Assembly (NCBI RefSeq): GCF_963676685.1
Contig: NC_092344.1
Location: forward strand, 121,272,001 to 121,336,000
Length of the DNA: 64,000 nt
Direction: 5' to 3'
Source of the DNA: Mytilus edulis
Lineage: Eukaryota
Notes under the pieces: generated by a model
Databases searched by the model: none
What the model was told of the DNA's origin: nothing
The model's input: only the letters and a program-made list of their open reading frames with translations
Translations under genes and position numbers: made by a program
Shown here: in pieces, positions 23,601-34,037 of the stretch
How the letters are laid out: each line of letters starts with the position of its first letter
How positions within the stretch are numbered: position 1 is the first letter of the stretch

Positions 23601-26600
23601 ATGCATTTACTTTTCTACATTGGCTAGAGGTATAGGGGGATGGTTGAGATCTCCCAAACATGTTAACCCCGCCACATTTTTGCGCCTGTCCCAAGTCAGG
23701 AGCCTCTGGCCTTTGTTAGTCTTGTATTATTTTAATTTTAGTTTCTTGTGTGCAGTTTGGAAATTAGTATAGTGTTCATTATCACTGATCTAGTATATAT
23801 TTGTTTAGGAGCCAGTTGAAGGACGCCTCCGGGGGCGGGAATTTCTCGCTACATTGAAGACCTGTTGGTGACCTTCTGCTGTTGTTTTTTTCTATGGTCG
23901 GGTTGTTGTCTCTTTGGAACATTCCCCATTTCCATTCTCAATTTTATATGAAATCTAAAATTAAAAGTTCAAACATACCATTTAATTTTTGTAGATGATG
24001 CTCATTTATCTGGTTGACATCCTCTTTATGTGTACACAATCTGGTTGCTAGGATACCATCTCTCTGTATGTTTTGTTTTGCTGTAGCTCTCAAGGTCGTG
24101 TAGACATAGTCAGGACACCTATAAGAATAGTACATAGATGTCAACAGATACAATCAAACACTTGATACAACAATCTCAAGATTTAAATCTACAAAGCTTT
24201 ATAAATACAATAGTTTTAATGCAATACTGTTAACGTTGAAATCCAAGGGACTGACAAAAGAATTTGAATTAAGACTTATCCAAGGTTTAACTCATCCAAG
24301 TTCATATGTGTCACCAAAAATTTAGAATGCATGAAATACCTACGAGGTTTGTTTAAACTAGATATATTTTTTTTTTTAGATATGATAATTTATGATTGAG
24401 TAATCAATTTTCCTAACATTCATCAGTCACTATTAATTATGGAATCTTGAATATAAAATCTTTTTTTACCTCCATTTTGTCAAGTTCCCCCACAAGATTC
24501 TTGAAAGAAAAGGTAGAGGGTATTGTAGAAAAGATATTCCAATGATATTCTGTGCAAAACAAATAAATTGTTGGCAGTTCATGCAGTTAGACCATCTAAG
24601 TATTTTCTATTGTCATACTACAAACCTTCCTAGCCTAATTTGTTGAAGAACATCTATAAATGATTTATCTGACTGTCTTCTTACTTCTGTTAGTTCTATA
24701 TTCATCTGAATACATTTCTTCCAAGCCTGAGTCTGAAATTATTAAACAATAATCTGAATACATTTCTTCCAAGCCTGAGTCTGAAATTATTAAACAATAA
24801 TCTGAATACATTTCTTGAAGCCTGAGTCTGAAATTATTCAAAAAATACTTCTATATTTATAACTAATGTTTCAAAGTTCAATAGGTGTCTCTTAGTTATT
24901 TTTATGGGTCAGTTTCTTGCATCTGGGTTTTTACTGTAAGCCAAGCTCTTAATCAAAATCCATCCTTTAACCTTTATGTTGATTATGAGAACAGATCAAA
25001 AGTCATATAAGTTTTTGAAGTGCATGTAAGACAATGAAGTCCTTTCAGCAGAATCATTTATTATTCATTAACACACAGTATAAGAGAGATTATTTAACAT
25101 GATGCTATTTCTTGAACTGAGCTCTACCTGAAAACAGAAATTGACTTTTTCTTTGCCTTTGGTAACAGGAGGTAACTGAAGAAAATCTCCACACATTATC
25201 AGCTGTATTCCACCAAAAGGTTGGTCATTCCTTCTTATCACTCTGTTAACAAACAATGTGCAGCTAGATTATTCAAACGTTCAAAAGAAGTTTACCTATA
25301 CATTACCTCAATTTAACTTATTTTCAATCATATACAATGCAGTAAACTTAAACAATCTTATCGTGTAGACAAATTTTCTTTAAATACTAATTTTCTTAAG
25401 TAAAGAACCAAAATGTAATACATACATGTACTAAAAATAAATGAAGGAATGGTTGTATATACACAATATTTATTACATATACTACATAAATAAGGTGCTG
25501 AGCAAAACCAACAACAACAATTTATGAACCTTTGTTAGCACAGTCACATATATGTAACCCACGCCCAACATTGTCATGTGGTAAACATAATCTTCAAAGA
25601 CTCATAACTCCTACAAAAGTCTACTGTTAAAAGTTTCTTGTTGATTTACACATCTACTTATCTACAAAGTTTCATGAAATTCTGTTTTGTAGTGTCAGAG
25701 AAGTTGTGATGACCAACTGTTACAGAAGTATATTTAGACCAATATTTTCAGTTCAATTGAACATGACTTCTAAAAAGAGAATTGAATACTAATTTTCTAC
25801 ATAGTTTGTCGAAATTCTGTAACTTTTTTTCAGAGAAGTTGCAATGACAAGAACAGGACTGACTAAACGAAGAACAATCCAAAATCCTTGGACCCTTTGC
25901 ATGGGGTATAATTAGATAACCAATATTATTTCACATGACTTATTTACAGGAAATGTTCATTATCCCATGTAGGAACCACTGAGACTTATTTATAATCTCA
26001 CTTTATGTTAAAGTTACCTAGCAACAGCTTCTAATTTTTCAAAGAATTCTCCATCCACCATAGATATTTCATCAATAACTAAATGTTTACATTTCCTCCA
26101 TTGCTGAGCTACCTGTGCTCGTGATGCTAGTTGTACACAATGCTCTAATGTACCCCTTCCTGATCCAATACCTACAAAATAAAACATAACTTGACAAATG
26201 ACAGCATTTATCTTATTAATAAGAACAAGAGTTTAAATTTATAATCAGCTGAGTTTATGAATATTTTTTAATGCAATTGTATAATACAAATGTATACTAT
26301 TTCAGGAAAGCCAATATTAATTCTTTGCTGAGCTACCTGTGTTCGGGATGCTAATTGTACACAATGCTCCAATGTACCCCTTCCTGATCCAATACCTACA
26401 AAAATTACACAATACGGGAGAAATTACAACATTTATTTTGTTGTTAAAAATAAATTGTATGATGTATGGTATAAATAATTTAACAACTTGTAAGTATATA
26501 TAAGCTATCAAATGACTTTCTAGTGCAATGTCTAGCTGACTAAGTTTATAATCAGCTGAGTCAATTAATATTGTGTTTATAATGCAATTGTTTATTTCAG

Positions 26601-28347
26601 GAGAGCCACTATTATTTCATTTTTAGATCAAATAAATTATTATTGCAAACATTTCACATTACTCCTTTTATAAACTTTTTTTGACAATTGGTGTATTTGC
26701 ACTTCAGGCCATATTTAGTGTTTATATAAAATGAACAGCTGGGAAAATGATACGTATACCCCTTGCAATTCTTGCCGCAATAACATATATAGATGTCATC
26801 TTGTTAGAAATTAGAAAAATGGTGCTGTATAAAAATGTGTCCCTAAAAAAATCAAATCTTAAGTTAAAAAATGTTAAAATGGCTTTATATATATGTTGCT
26901 AATATTTCATCGTTATATTTTAATTACTTACCTGCAAATGCATGTAGAGTTGTCCCCCCTATATGGCAGGCAGCAACACCAGTACTAGCTGTGGCAAATG
27001 TATGCTGCGGTGGCAAAGTTCCTAAAATACATGTTTTTTTCAATTAGATATAGAAGTTTTCCTACCCTTGTTCAATTCATCAACAATGCTACATTCTTCA
27101 TGAAAAGAATCTTTTAAATTCTTAAATATGTTACCGGTACATATATATACAAATATACGAGACAGATTCATTTAAATTTAACATTAGATTTAATAAACAA
27201 ATCTTGCATTTCATAGTATCTTTATTTTTGGGATAAAAAACAGTACAGGACAAAGCAGAGGTTACCTTAATTATAAGTCATTCGCTTATTATTTCATCAA
27301 TAATAATACATGTATTGTAATTGTTTGCACTGTCAATTATGATATATGATGAATGAAAAAAATTATGGTGTGTTAAGATATATTTTTGTACAAATGTAAT
27401 TTTGATTTTGTTACATTTATAATGTACCAGCATGACCAGTAGTTTGATAATCATTCATATCAAGCATGTCAAGTGTAGCAGAATGATTTAAAAAATTTTG
27501 TCACATGATTTCTTATGGCAGTCAGGACAGACTATACATGCTATATTTATGATATAACAAATGCAAATGTACATTGTATGTATCTCAATTTCCAAGATAT
27601 AACTTTCAACAATCTCTATTCATACCATTTACTTTGTCTTGACCAGTTTTAGTAAATACCTATTATTCTTTTCATGAGAAATGACTTCCCAGTACCAGCA
27701 CTCCCTGTAAAGAATACACTCCTTCCTTTAGATACTGCCTCTAATACAGATGACTGTTCTTTACTTAGTTTGACTGGAATAACTGATCTTGGTACTGCTG
27801 TTACTAGTTTTCTGGCCATTTTAACTCCCTTAGGAGGGTGATTTTCCTTGTTATCATCTACTCTTTTCCTCTTTCCTTTAGGTGTGAACAAGTCTTTCTC
27901 CAGCTCTTTAGCCCTAGCTTCATGTACAGTATGAACATCCTTCATAGTCAGAGGGCTTATTTCATCAAAAGTTCTATGACGCTCTGATAATAATTTCTTT
28001 CGATCAGATATGAATCCTTTCTGTTTACCAACTTCTAACTTTGTATGCATTGTTCTTAAGAACATCAACAGTTTATCTGGAGGACAGTTGGACAACATAA
28101 ATTGGATATTCCGATCTGGTATTCTGACTGTGGCCTTCCCATCTTTGGCAAACTTTTTGAAAAGTTTGATTTCTCTTAATGCATATTTGATATCTTTTTT
28201 ACCATAATCAACTCTAAGTGTAACATCATTGAATTCGTTACGACCTAATGATAACGACAAACTTTTATAAGGTGTGCGTTTAATAACATCTCCTGTTTTT
28301 GTCAAGTCTTCTACAACTACAGAGCAGGTTAGCAGATTCATATCCAT
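11679..28347 (-). CDS. PIF1: ATP-dependent 5'-3' DNA helicase PIF1, 615 aa
   Basis: Coding exons 28347-27660, 27021-26932, 26171-26018, 25242-25128, 24732-24626, 24118-23979, 18353-18247, 17337-17250, 12522-12377, 11891-11679; 1848 nt, phases consistent. Motifs [76 protein letters not shown]. Confidence 0.96.
12715..13490. repeat. Degenerate ~40-bp minisatellite in a PIF1 intron
   Basis: Unit approximately GTCATGTGCTAGTTAACTAGATATGTTCCTGACACTCT, interrupted by a MITE. Confidence 0.85.
12900..13135. mobile_element. PIF/Harbinger-type (Tourist-like) MITE, 236 bp
   Basis: ~33-bp TIR GGC(C)AAATAAAAA..TATGTGTGGTTCCA.TTAC; TTA TSD. Neighbouring minisatellite units show the empty site GCTAGTTAACTAG. 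Confidence 0.85.
14848..16030. mobile_element. Helentron-associated non-autonomous element with internal tandem repeats, plus a nested second family (15207-15655)
   Basis: Starts ACAAGAGTGCACA..CTGAAATGTCTCGCC; homologous to 29616-30740. The nested piece is homologous to 18562-19620. Class assignment rests on structure only. Confidence 0.65.
16598..17190. mobile_element. MITE with TIR GGTACCCAAATTG
   Basis: GGTACCCAAATTG at 16601 and CAATTTGGGTACC near 17174. Confidence 0.6.
17467..17938. mobile_element. Helentron-associated (CvA/Pearl-like) non-autonomous element
   Basis: Two ~180-bp internal repeats, a GACG/GAAC microsatellite and a terminal stem-loop ATGCCCC.CTAC..GTAG.TGGGGCAT before an A-run. 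Confidence 0.65.
18562..19620. mobile_element. Helentron-associated element carrying a ~193-bp internal satellite
   Basis: Repeat landmarks at 18847, 19039, 19232, 19425; terminal hairpin TTTTCGACTAAAGTCAAAGG; shorter copy at 15207. Confidence 0.7.
20536..20602 (+). promoter_or_regulatory. Putative type II SECIS element in PLE 3' UTR (copy 1)
   Basis: Helix I TCATAT/ATATGA; core ATGAT...TGAT; helix II GGTATGATAC/GGATTGTGCC; AAA bulge; CCC-CTAAC-GGG mini-stem. Folded by eye. Confidence 0.7.
20706..22285. mobile_element. Non-autonomous PIF/Harbinger-type DNA transposon, 1.58 kb
   Basis: ~45-bp TIR GGC..AA.TTAAAA.AT..GTTTGTTTGCAGTTT.CCGAC; TTA TSD. The empty site is visible in the second PLE copy (23521 TTTTGTTTATTTTC). 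Confidence 0.88.
23360..23426 (+). promoter_or_regulatory. Putative type II SECIS element in PLE 3' UTR (copy 2)
   Basis: Core and helix II identical to copy 1; begins ~50 nt after the RT stop at 23309. Confidence 0.7.
24704..24838. repeat. 3 x 48-bp tandem duplication spanning a PIF1 3' splice site
   Basis: Unit ATCTGAATACATTTCTTCCAAGCCTGAGTCTGAAATTATTAAACAATA at 24704, 24752, 24800. Confidence 0.93.
26101..26615. repeat. Older tandem duplication of a PIF1 intron/exon boundary
   Basis: 26325-26404 copies 26101-26179 with 4 exonic substitutions; intron segments 26197-26318 and 26510-26613 also align. Confidence 0.85.
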
Positions 28348-28705
28348 GATGCTTTGTGGCTTTCTATAACATAAAGTAAAGAATGAACACATGTAGTGAA
28401 ATAAAATACAATTTAAGAATTTATTTTTCTTTTACTAACCATTAACTACACTAGCTGCTAAGCACATGACTAGTAGCTATATAGACATTTAACTTTTATG
28501 AGAGTAAGTTTGCATTAAACTTTGTACATTTTTATCGAGTATCATAAATTCAAGACTTGCTTTACAGATTCTGACAAACATGCATAACAGAGTAATTTTT
28601 AGCGTACATTTAGCAACACCCCCTTATTGTCAGATCCTAACTTTGACCTTTGTCAAAATTTTGTTCCAGAGTTTTAATATAATTAATGTTTAAAAAATCA
28701 TTTTA

Positions 28706-29338
28706 AGGGCATACCATACAGTTACAGGGGAGGTAATGACATTGCTAAAGTAAATTGTTATTTTTGCGACGTCAAACTATGACTTATCAGGAAAAGATGC
28801 AGTTTTCAGCTGATTTTTATCATTCAAACTCATTTAACTTGAAAACGAGTTCATGGACCCCTCTTTTTTAAAATGTCATTTGGTTTGATTACGCGAGAAA
28901 ATTATGTGTGCCAATTTTCATGAAAGCGTAAATAGTGCACTTTTTTTTTAATTTGATAAATATCATGAATATACAGCTAAAAAATTATGTTTTTTTCTAC
29001 ATTCATGAACATTTGATAAATATGAGTTATTTCTGAATAAAAAATGTATAAATTTTTAGGGTACTTATAAAATACAGAAATTACAAATTATTTATTAAAA
29101 AACATTTTGTGTTTATCTTTCAAACAAAAAAGTAATGTTTTTTTTTCGAAAGGGAAAAGATGGCCACAAATCCGAGTTTTGAGCAAATATACAAAATTTC
29201 AACCTCATTTTACTCAAAAAATAGCACATGAAGGTATATTTTTTATTACATATTTGATTTAATTAGGTAAAAAATAGTCTATATGGATTTTTTTTTATCA
29301 AAATGTAAATACGGGATCAAAACTGTATCGTATGCCCT
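28706..29338. mobile_element. MITE with TIR AGGGCATAC(C/G)ATACAGTT
   Basis: Near-perfect 18-bp TIRs flanked by TA (TTAA-like site). Confidence 0.8.
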
Positions 29339-29615
29339 TATTCGCATGATAAGTCTTTTCTCCAGTTTAAGCTTTAACAATGTTTAATGTGTTTGATATT
29401 TTATATAGGAGTCAAATCTTTTTGATGTATACATTTTAACAGTATTTCATGATTTTATGAAAAATTTTGTTTACAAATTTTTTGATTCTTCATTAAATCA
29501 ATATTAGATAGTCATACTACATGTACATGATGTATACTAGTCCAAATGATTATGACTTTTTCCATTTGATAGGCTATTTTATTTTTTTGCAAGTGGGAGT
29601 AAGCCTTGAAAGCAA

Positions 29616-30740
29616 CAAAAGTGCACACGCTGAAATGTCTCGCCTTCTTTACTTACATGTATCATTGATATTATGTTGATAGTCCTTGATATCAACATGA
29701 TAAAGCTTTATTACAACTGTCACATAAACTTAACATTAACCAAGAAAACTAAACATTGAACAATGAACCATGAAAATGAGGTAAAGGTCAGATGAACCAT
29801 GCCAGGCAGGCATGTACAGCTAACAATTCTTCCATACAACAAATATAGTTGACCTATTGCTTCTAGTTTAAGAAAAACAGACCATTAAAACACAAAAACT
29901 TAACACTGAGCAATGAACCATGAAAATGAGGTCAAGGTCAAATAAAACTGTGCGACTGACATATACATGCAGATCGTAAAATATTTCCATACACCAAATA
30001 TAGTTGACCTACAATGTATTGCATATAGTATAAGAAAAAAAAGACCAAAACTTAAAAACTTAACTTTGACCACTAAACCATGAAAATGAGGTCAAGGTCA
30101 GATAACACCTGCCTGAGTGCCAGCTAGACATGAACACATTACAATCATTCCATACACCAAATATAGTAAACCTATTGCATACAGTATAAGAAAAACAGAC
30201 CAAAACACAAACACTTTACTATAACCACTGAAACATAAAAATGAGGTCAAGGTCAGATGACACCTGCCAGTTGGACATGTACACCTTATAGTCCTTCCAT
30301 GCATATACACCAAATATACTAGACCTATTGCTTATAGTATCTGAGATATGGACTTGACCACCAAAACTTAACCTTGTTCAGTGAATCATGAAATGAGGCT
30401 GAGGTCAAGCGAAAACTGTCTGACGGGCATGAGGACCTTGCAAGGTTTGCACATACCAAACATAGTAATCCAATTACTTATAAGAAAGAATTTAAAATTA
30501 CAAAAAATCTAGCTTTCTTTTTAAGTAGTCACTGAAACAAAAAAATGAGGTCAAAGACATTGGACATGCGACTGATGGAAACTTTGTAACATGAGGCATC
30601 TATATAAAAAGTATGAAGCATCCCGGTCTTCCACCTTTTAAAATATAAAGCTTTTAAGAAGATTGCTAACACCGTCGCTGCCAGATCGCTATTCCTATGT
30701 CGAGCTTTCTGGGACAAAGTTTCGCAGACTCAACAAAAAA
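29616..30740. mobile_element. Helentron-associated element with ~150-160-bp internal repeats
   Basis: Repeats of AACCATGAAAATGAGGTCAAGGTCA and a terminal hairpin; homologous to 14848-16030. Confidence 0.7.
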
Positions 30741-32037
30741 TAGAACATGTAGAATAGCCTGTTACATCATAATTTTTTGGACTACATGTTGATGTATACA
30801 TGCTACAATGCTGTAATAATTCTATATGCAGGTAAATTAAAAATTGAAGTTATTTATGATATATACATGTATATCACTTGTCTTCTGTAGCTCTCTACAT
30901 TTTCAAGTCTTTGGAACCTGATGAACATCATGTTCAGTAGTTGTTGTTTATTGATGTGGTTCATAAGTGTTTCTCATTTTTTTATACAGATTCATGTGTA
31001 AGACCGTTAGTTTTTCCGTTTGGATGGTTTTATACTAGTCATTTTGGGGACCTTATAGCTTGGTGTTAGATGTGAGGATGTGAGCTGAGGCTCTGTGTAA
31101 AAGTGTGTAACTGTTGAAGTCCGAACTTTTACCAATAATGGTTTATCATTTACAAATTGTGACTTGGACGGAGAGTTGTCTCATTGGCACTCATACCACA
31201 TCTTCTTATACATGTATCTATTAGGCTATTAAAATATGAAATCAGAAGACCTGGTTTTAACTTGTAGTGCTAAATTACATTTTACCTGTACATGTATTCA
31301 AACTATCAATTATTGAGTTCCAGTACTGTTAGTCAGAGATTACTCTGACGTCCAACAATTGTAAAACTTTTGTCAAAAAAAGATATCTTTTCAAGACATC
31401 ATAATTATTTGGACTACAGTACGCTGGAGCCTACTAGTCTCAGAGTATGTTAAACATTTTGGTGACCATTTCTTCTCTCTACCGTCTAGTTAAAGCTAGA
31501 AATATACAGACTAAATGAATTAGTACCTTCGATGATGTACAATACACCTTCAAAAAGGTTTCTGTCAAATTTTGACATCATAATAGAAAATATCTGACGC
31601 CACAATGGAAAAGTGATTGTTGTATGACCTCAAAAGTTCAAGCAGACAGTTTCTGGGGTCAAGCCGGAATAGCAATAAGGTGTATTGTTGTATTTTGAGT
31701 TTATGCCCCATGAGCTGTTGACGGTCCATGTTGAGTCCAAATTATTATGACGTCTTGCGAGGCAGAAGGCGTCCAAGAAAAAAAATAGCCTTGCATGTTT
31801 ATATATACATGATATAATACGATAATAAACATAAAAATATCGTATTTGTCAAAATTATTTACTATGAACTGAAGCATTGTGCCTTTTGGCGAATGATTGA
31901 CTCTTATATCAGTATTTATACTATGCCAATAAAAAGTGTGTTGTTAAATTGCTGAAGCTTATATTAAACACTACCTGAACACCTAGTTCGCGTCTGTAAG
32001 TTTTCATAACAAGTGCGAGGATTCGAAATGAATGCTA

Positions 32038-33129
32038 GTCAATTCGTTCCAAGTCCGATTCGTTCCAAGCCAGTTCGTTCCAGATTTGGACAATTCGTAC
32101 CAAGTCAATTGTCAATTCGTTCCAACTGATTTATTTCATTATTAATCAGACTTAACAATGTGTTCCACCTTATTAAGTTCATTATTAAATCAGACTTAAC
32201 AATTTGTTCCAACTTTTTTATAATGTATATGTCCCTATATCACTGTATTTTTGTAAATCAACCTACAGTGCACGGCAAAAATCGGCAATTCCTTGTCCAT
32301 TTTTTCTGTATATTTCATATAAAAGATAATTTCTCAATAACACATGTTCATCCTAACAGTTCATAAGATAATTGTTCAATAGTCTTTCAGTATTTCACAT
32401 ATTTCATTTTGCTGGTCAACGGATGGCACAATGATAAGTGCAACAGATGTCATCAGCTGGGTAACTGTAATTTTCTGGCTTCTATAGCTGTCCCAAAGCT
32501 CCATCATCTTGGACTGTGATCTGTTTGTGGCAGCTGCTTACTTTTTTTTCGGTTTCGTACAAGGACACTGAGTAAATTTTTATATTGTACCTACACAACC
32601 AGTGCTAATGAGTAATAACGATGCACGTAAGCAAAACATAGCAAATGTGGTATGTCAGCCTTCAATTATTATTGACAAGCGTTTATGACCCAAAGTACGA
32701 TATTATTCTTTTGATGAATGCATTAACAACTGTTATGCGCACATCATTGAAATACAATAATCAATTATAATGATTACTATTTCTTTGAAAATATCATTAG
32801 TTAGTCACTTTATTCATTTTTTAAATATTAAATTTGTCATGAAATAGTTACCTTAATAATTATCAATATATTATCATGCCCAATATATCGTTCTTCCCAA
32901 TTAATAAACCATAGAATTTTTTAGATACTTATTTATATTCATTTTTTATAAGTACAGCATTAAAAATTAAAATAATAAGTCTATTTAAATGGTTAATATT
33001 GTTTAATACTGTTCTTGAATAAGTTGGAACGAACTGAGCAGTTTTTGGAAAAGTTGGAACGAACTGACCAAGCAACTTGGGACGAATTTGTTGGTACGAA
33101 TCAGAGTTGGAACGAATCATCCAGATACC
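32038..33129. mobile_element. Non-autonomous DNA element with inverted arrays of subterminal repeats
   Basis: Five (A/G)TTCGT(T/A)CCA motifs at the left end and five TTGG(A/G/T)ACGAA motifs at the right end; right terminus ...ATCCAGATACC. Confidence 0.7.
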
Positions 33130-33300
33130 TTCAAAATTAGTTGTTCTCGGAGTTTATTATTTATGAGAAGAAAACTCCCGAAAGAATGATTATCCAATTG
33201 GAATTTTTGTTAAATTCGACCAATCACAAAGTGGTTCTTTTCAGGACTATTTTCAAAATGAAAGTGAAAGAAGATAAATTTTGCTGATTTTTTTTGGGTA
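33130..33300. promoter_or_regulatory. Putative divergent promoter core for TTC33/PIF1
   Basis: CCAAT boxes at 33194 and 33220, TTTGAA (CHR-like) on the minus strand at ~33130, candidate first-exon donor near 33298. Candidate PIF1 first-exon donor CAG|GTAGTG near 31974. Confidence 0.4.
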
Positions 33301-34037
33301 AAAATATTGTATACATGTATTAAAAAATGTCATTTTAAATTGTCAGTTTCATATAGATGTAATACAGAATAGAATAGAATAGAATAGAATATTTTTATTA
33401 ACCCAAATTGAAATTAGGGCCCCCAGGAGGGCATATCATACAGACAATATTATTATAAACAATAACATGAAATACACAAACAATGAAAGATCACAATCAC
33501 AATCACAACATATAATGGGAACTAGAAATACAACATTTGTTTTGCTTGTTCATTTGTATAAATGTTTTAATATATGTACTTTTTTTTGTACATAAATAAA
33601 CAATGATAAATAAATATTTTCTAGTTAGCTAGAGTTTCATAGATTCTAACTGACATACAAGTCATAACTTAACAAAAAAACAAGCATGCAAGAATTTAAA
33701 TTTCAAAATCTAAAAACTAAAAATTCCCTTTGCCAATTATGCCATAAACATGGATATTTGATATGAATTCTGTCATTCATTGGATTTTCATTCTTTGTTT
33801 GTTATAATCATTAATCATTATGCCCGCAGTGCCCAAAATTGGCTAATAAAATTTATCTTATCTTATCTTATACTGGCCCTGCAACATACAAATTCAGATT
33901 CAGAAAATGAAGCACTATTTATGATTACAGTGTTTTGCCCCAAGCCCTTACAATTTTATGGCTTCAATCACCATCCAAGGTCTGACCAGTTACTGGTTTT
34001 GGAATAAATGTGCTGGTCTGTAATTACAGAATGAATT

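Larger units (their letters stand above)
19836..23946 (+). mobile_element. Penelope-like retroelement (Naiad-type candidate): two nested/tandem 5'-truncated copies
   Basis: RT C-terminal half ([47 protein letters not shown]) ends with no C-terminal GIY-YIG; ~640-bp 3' UTR duplicated. Lies antisense in a PIF1 intron. Confidence 0.85.

Noticed and set aside
11679-28347. Helitron-derived Pif1 helicase
   Set aside because: Intron-rich, with a cellular-type N-terminal domain and no Rep/HUH domain; this is the host PIF1.
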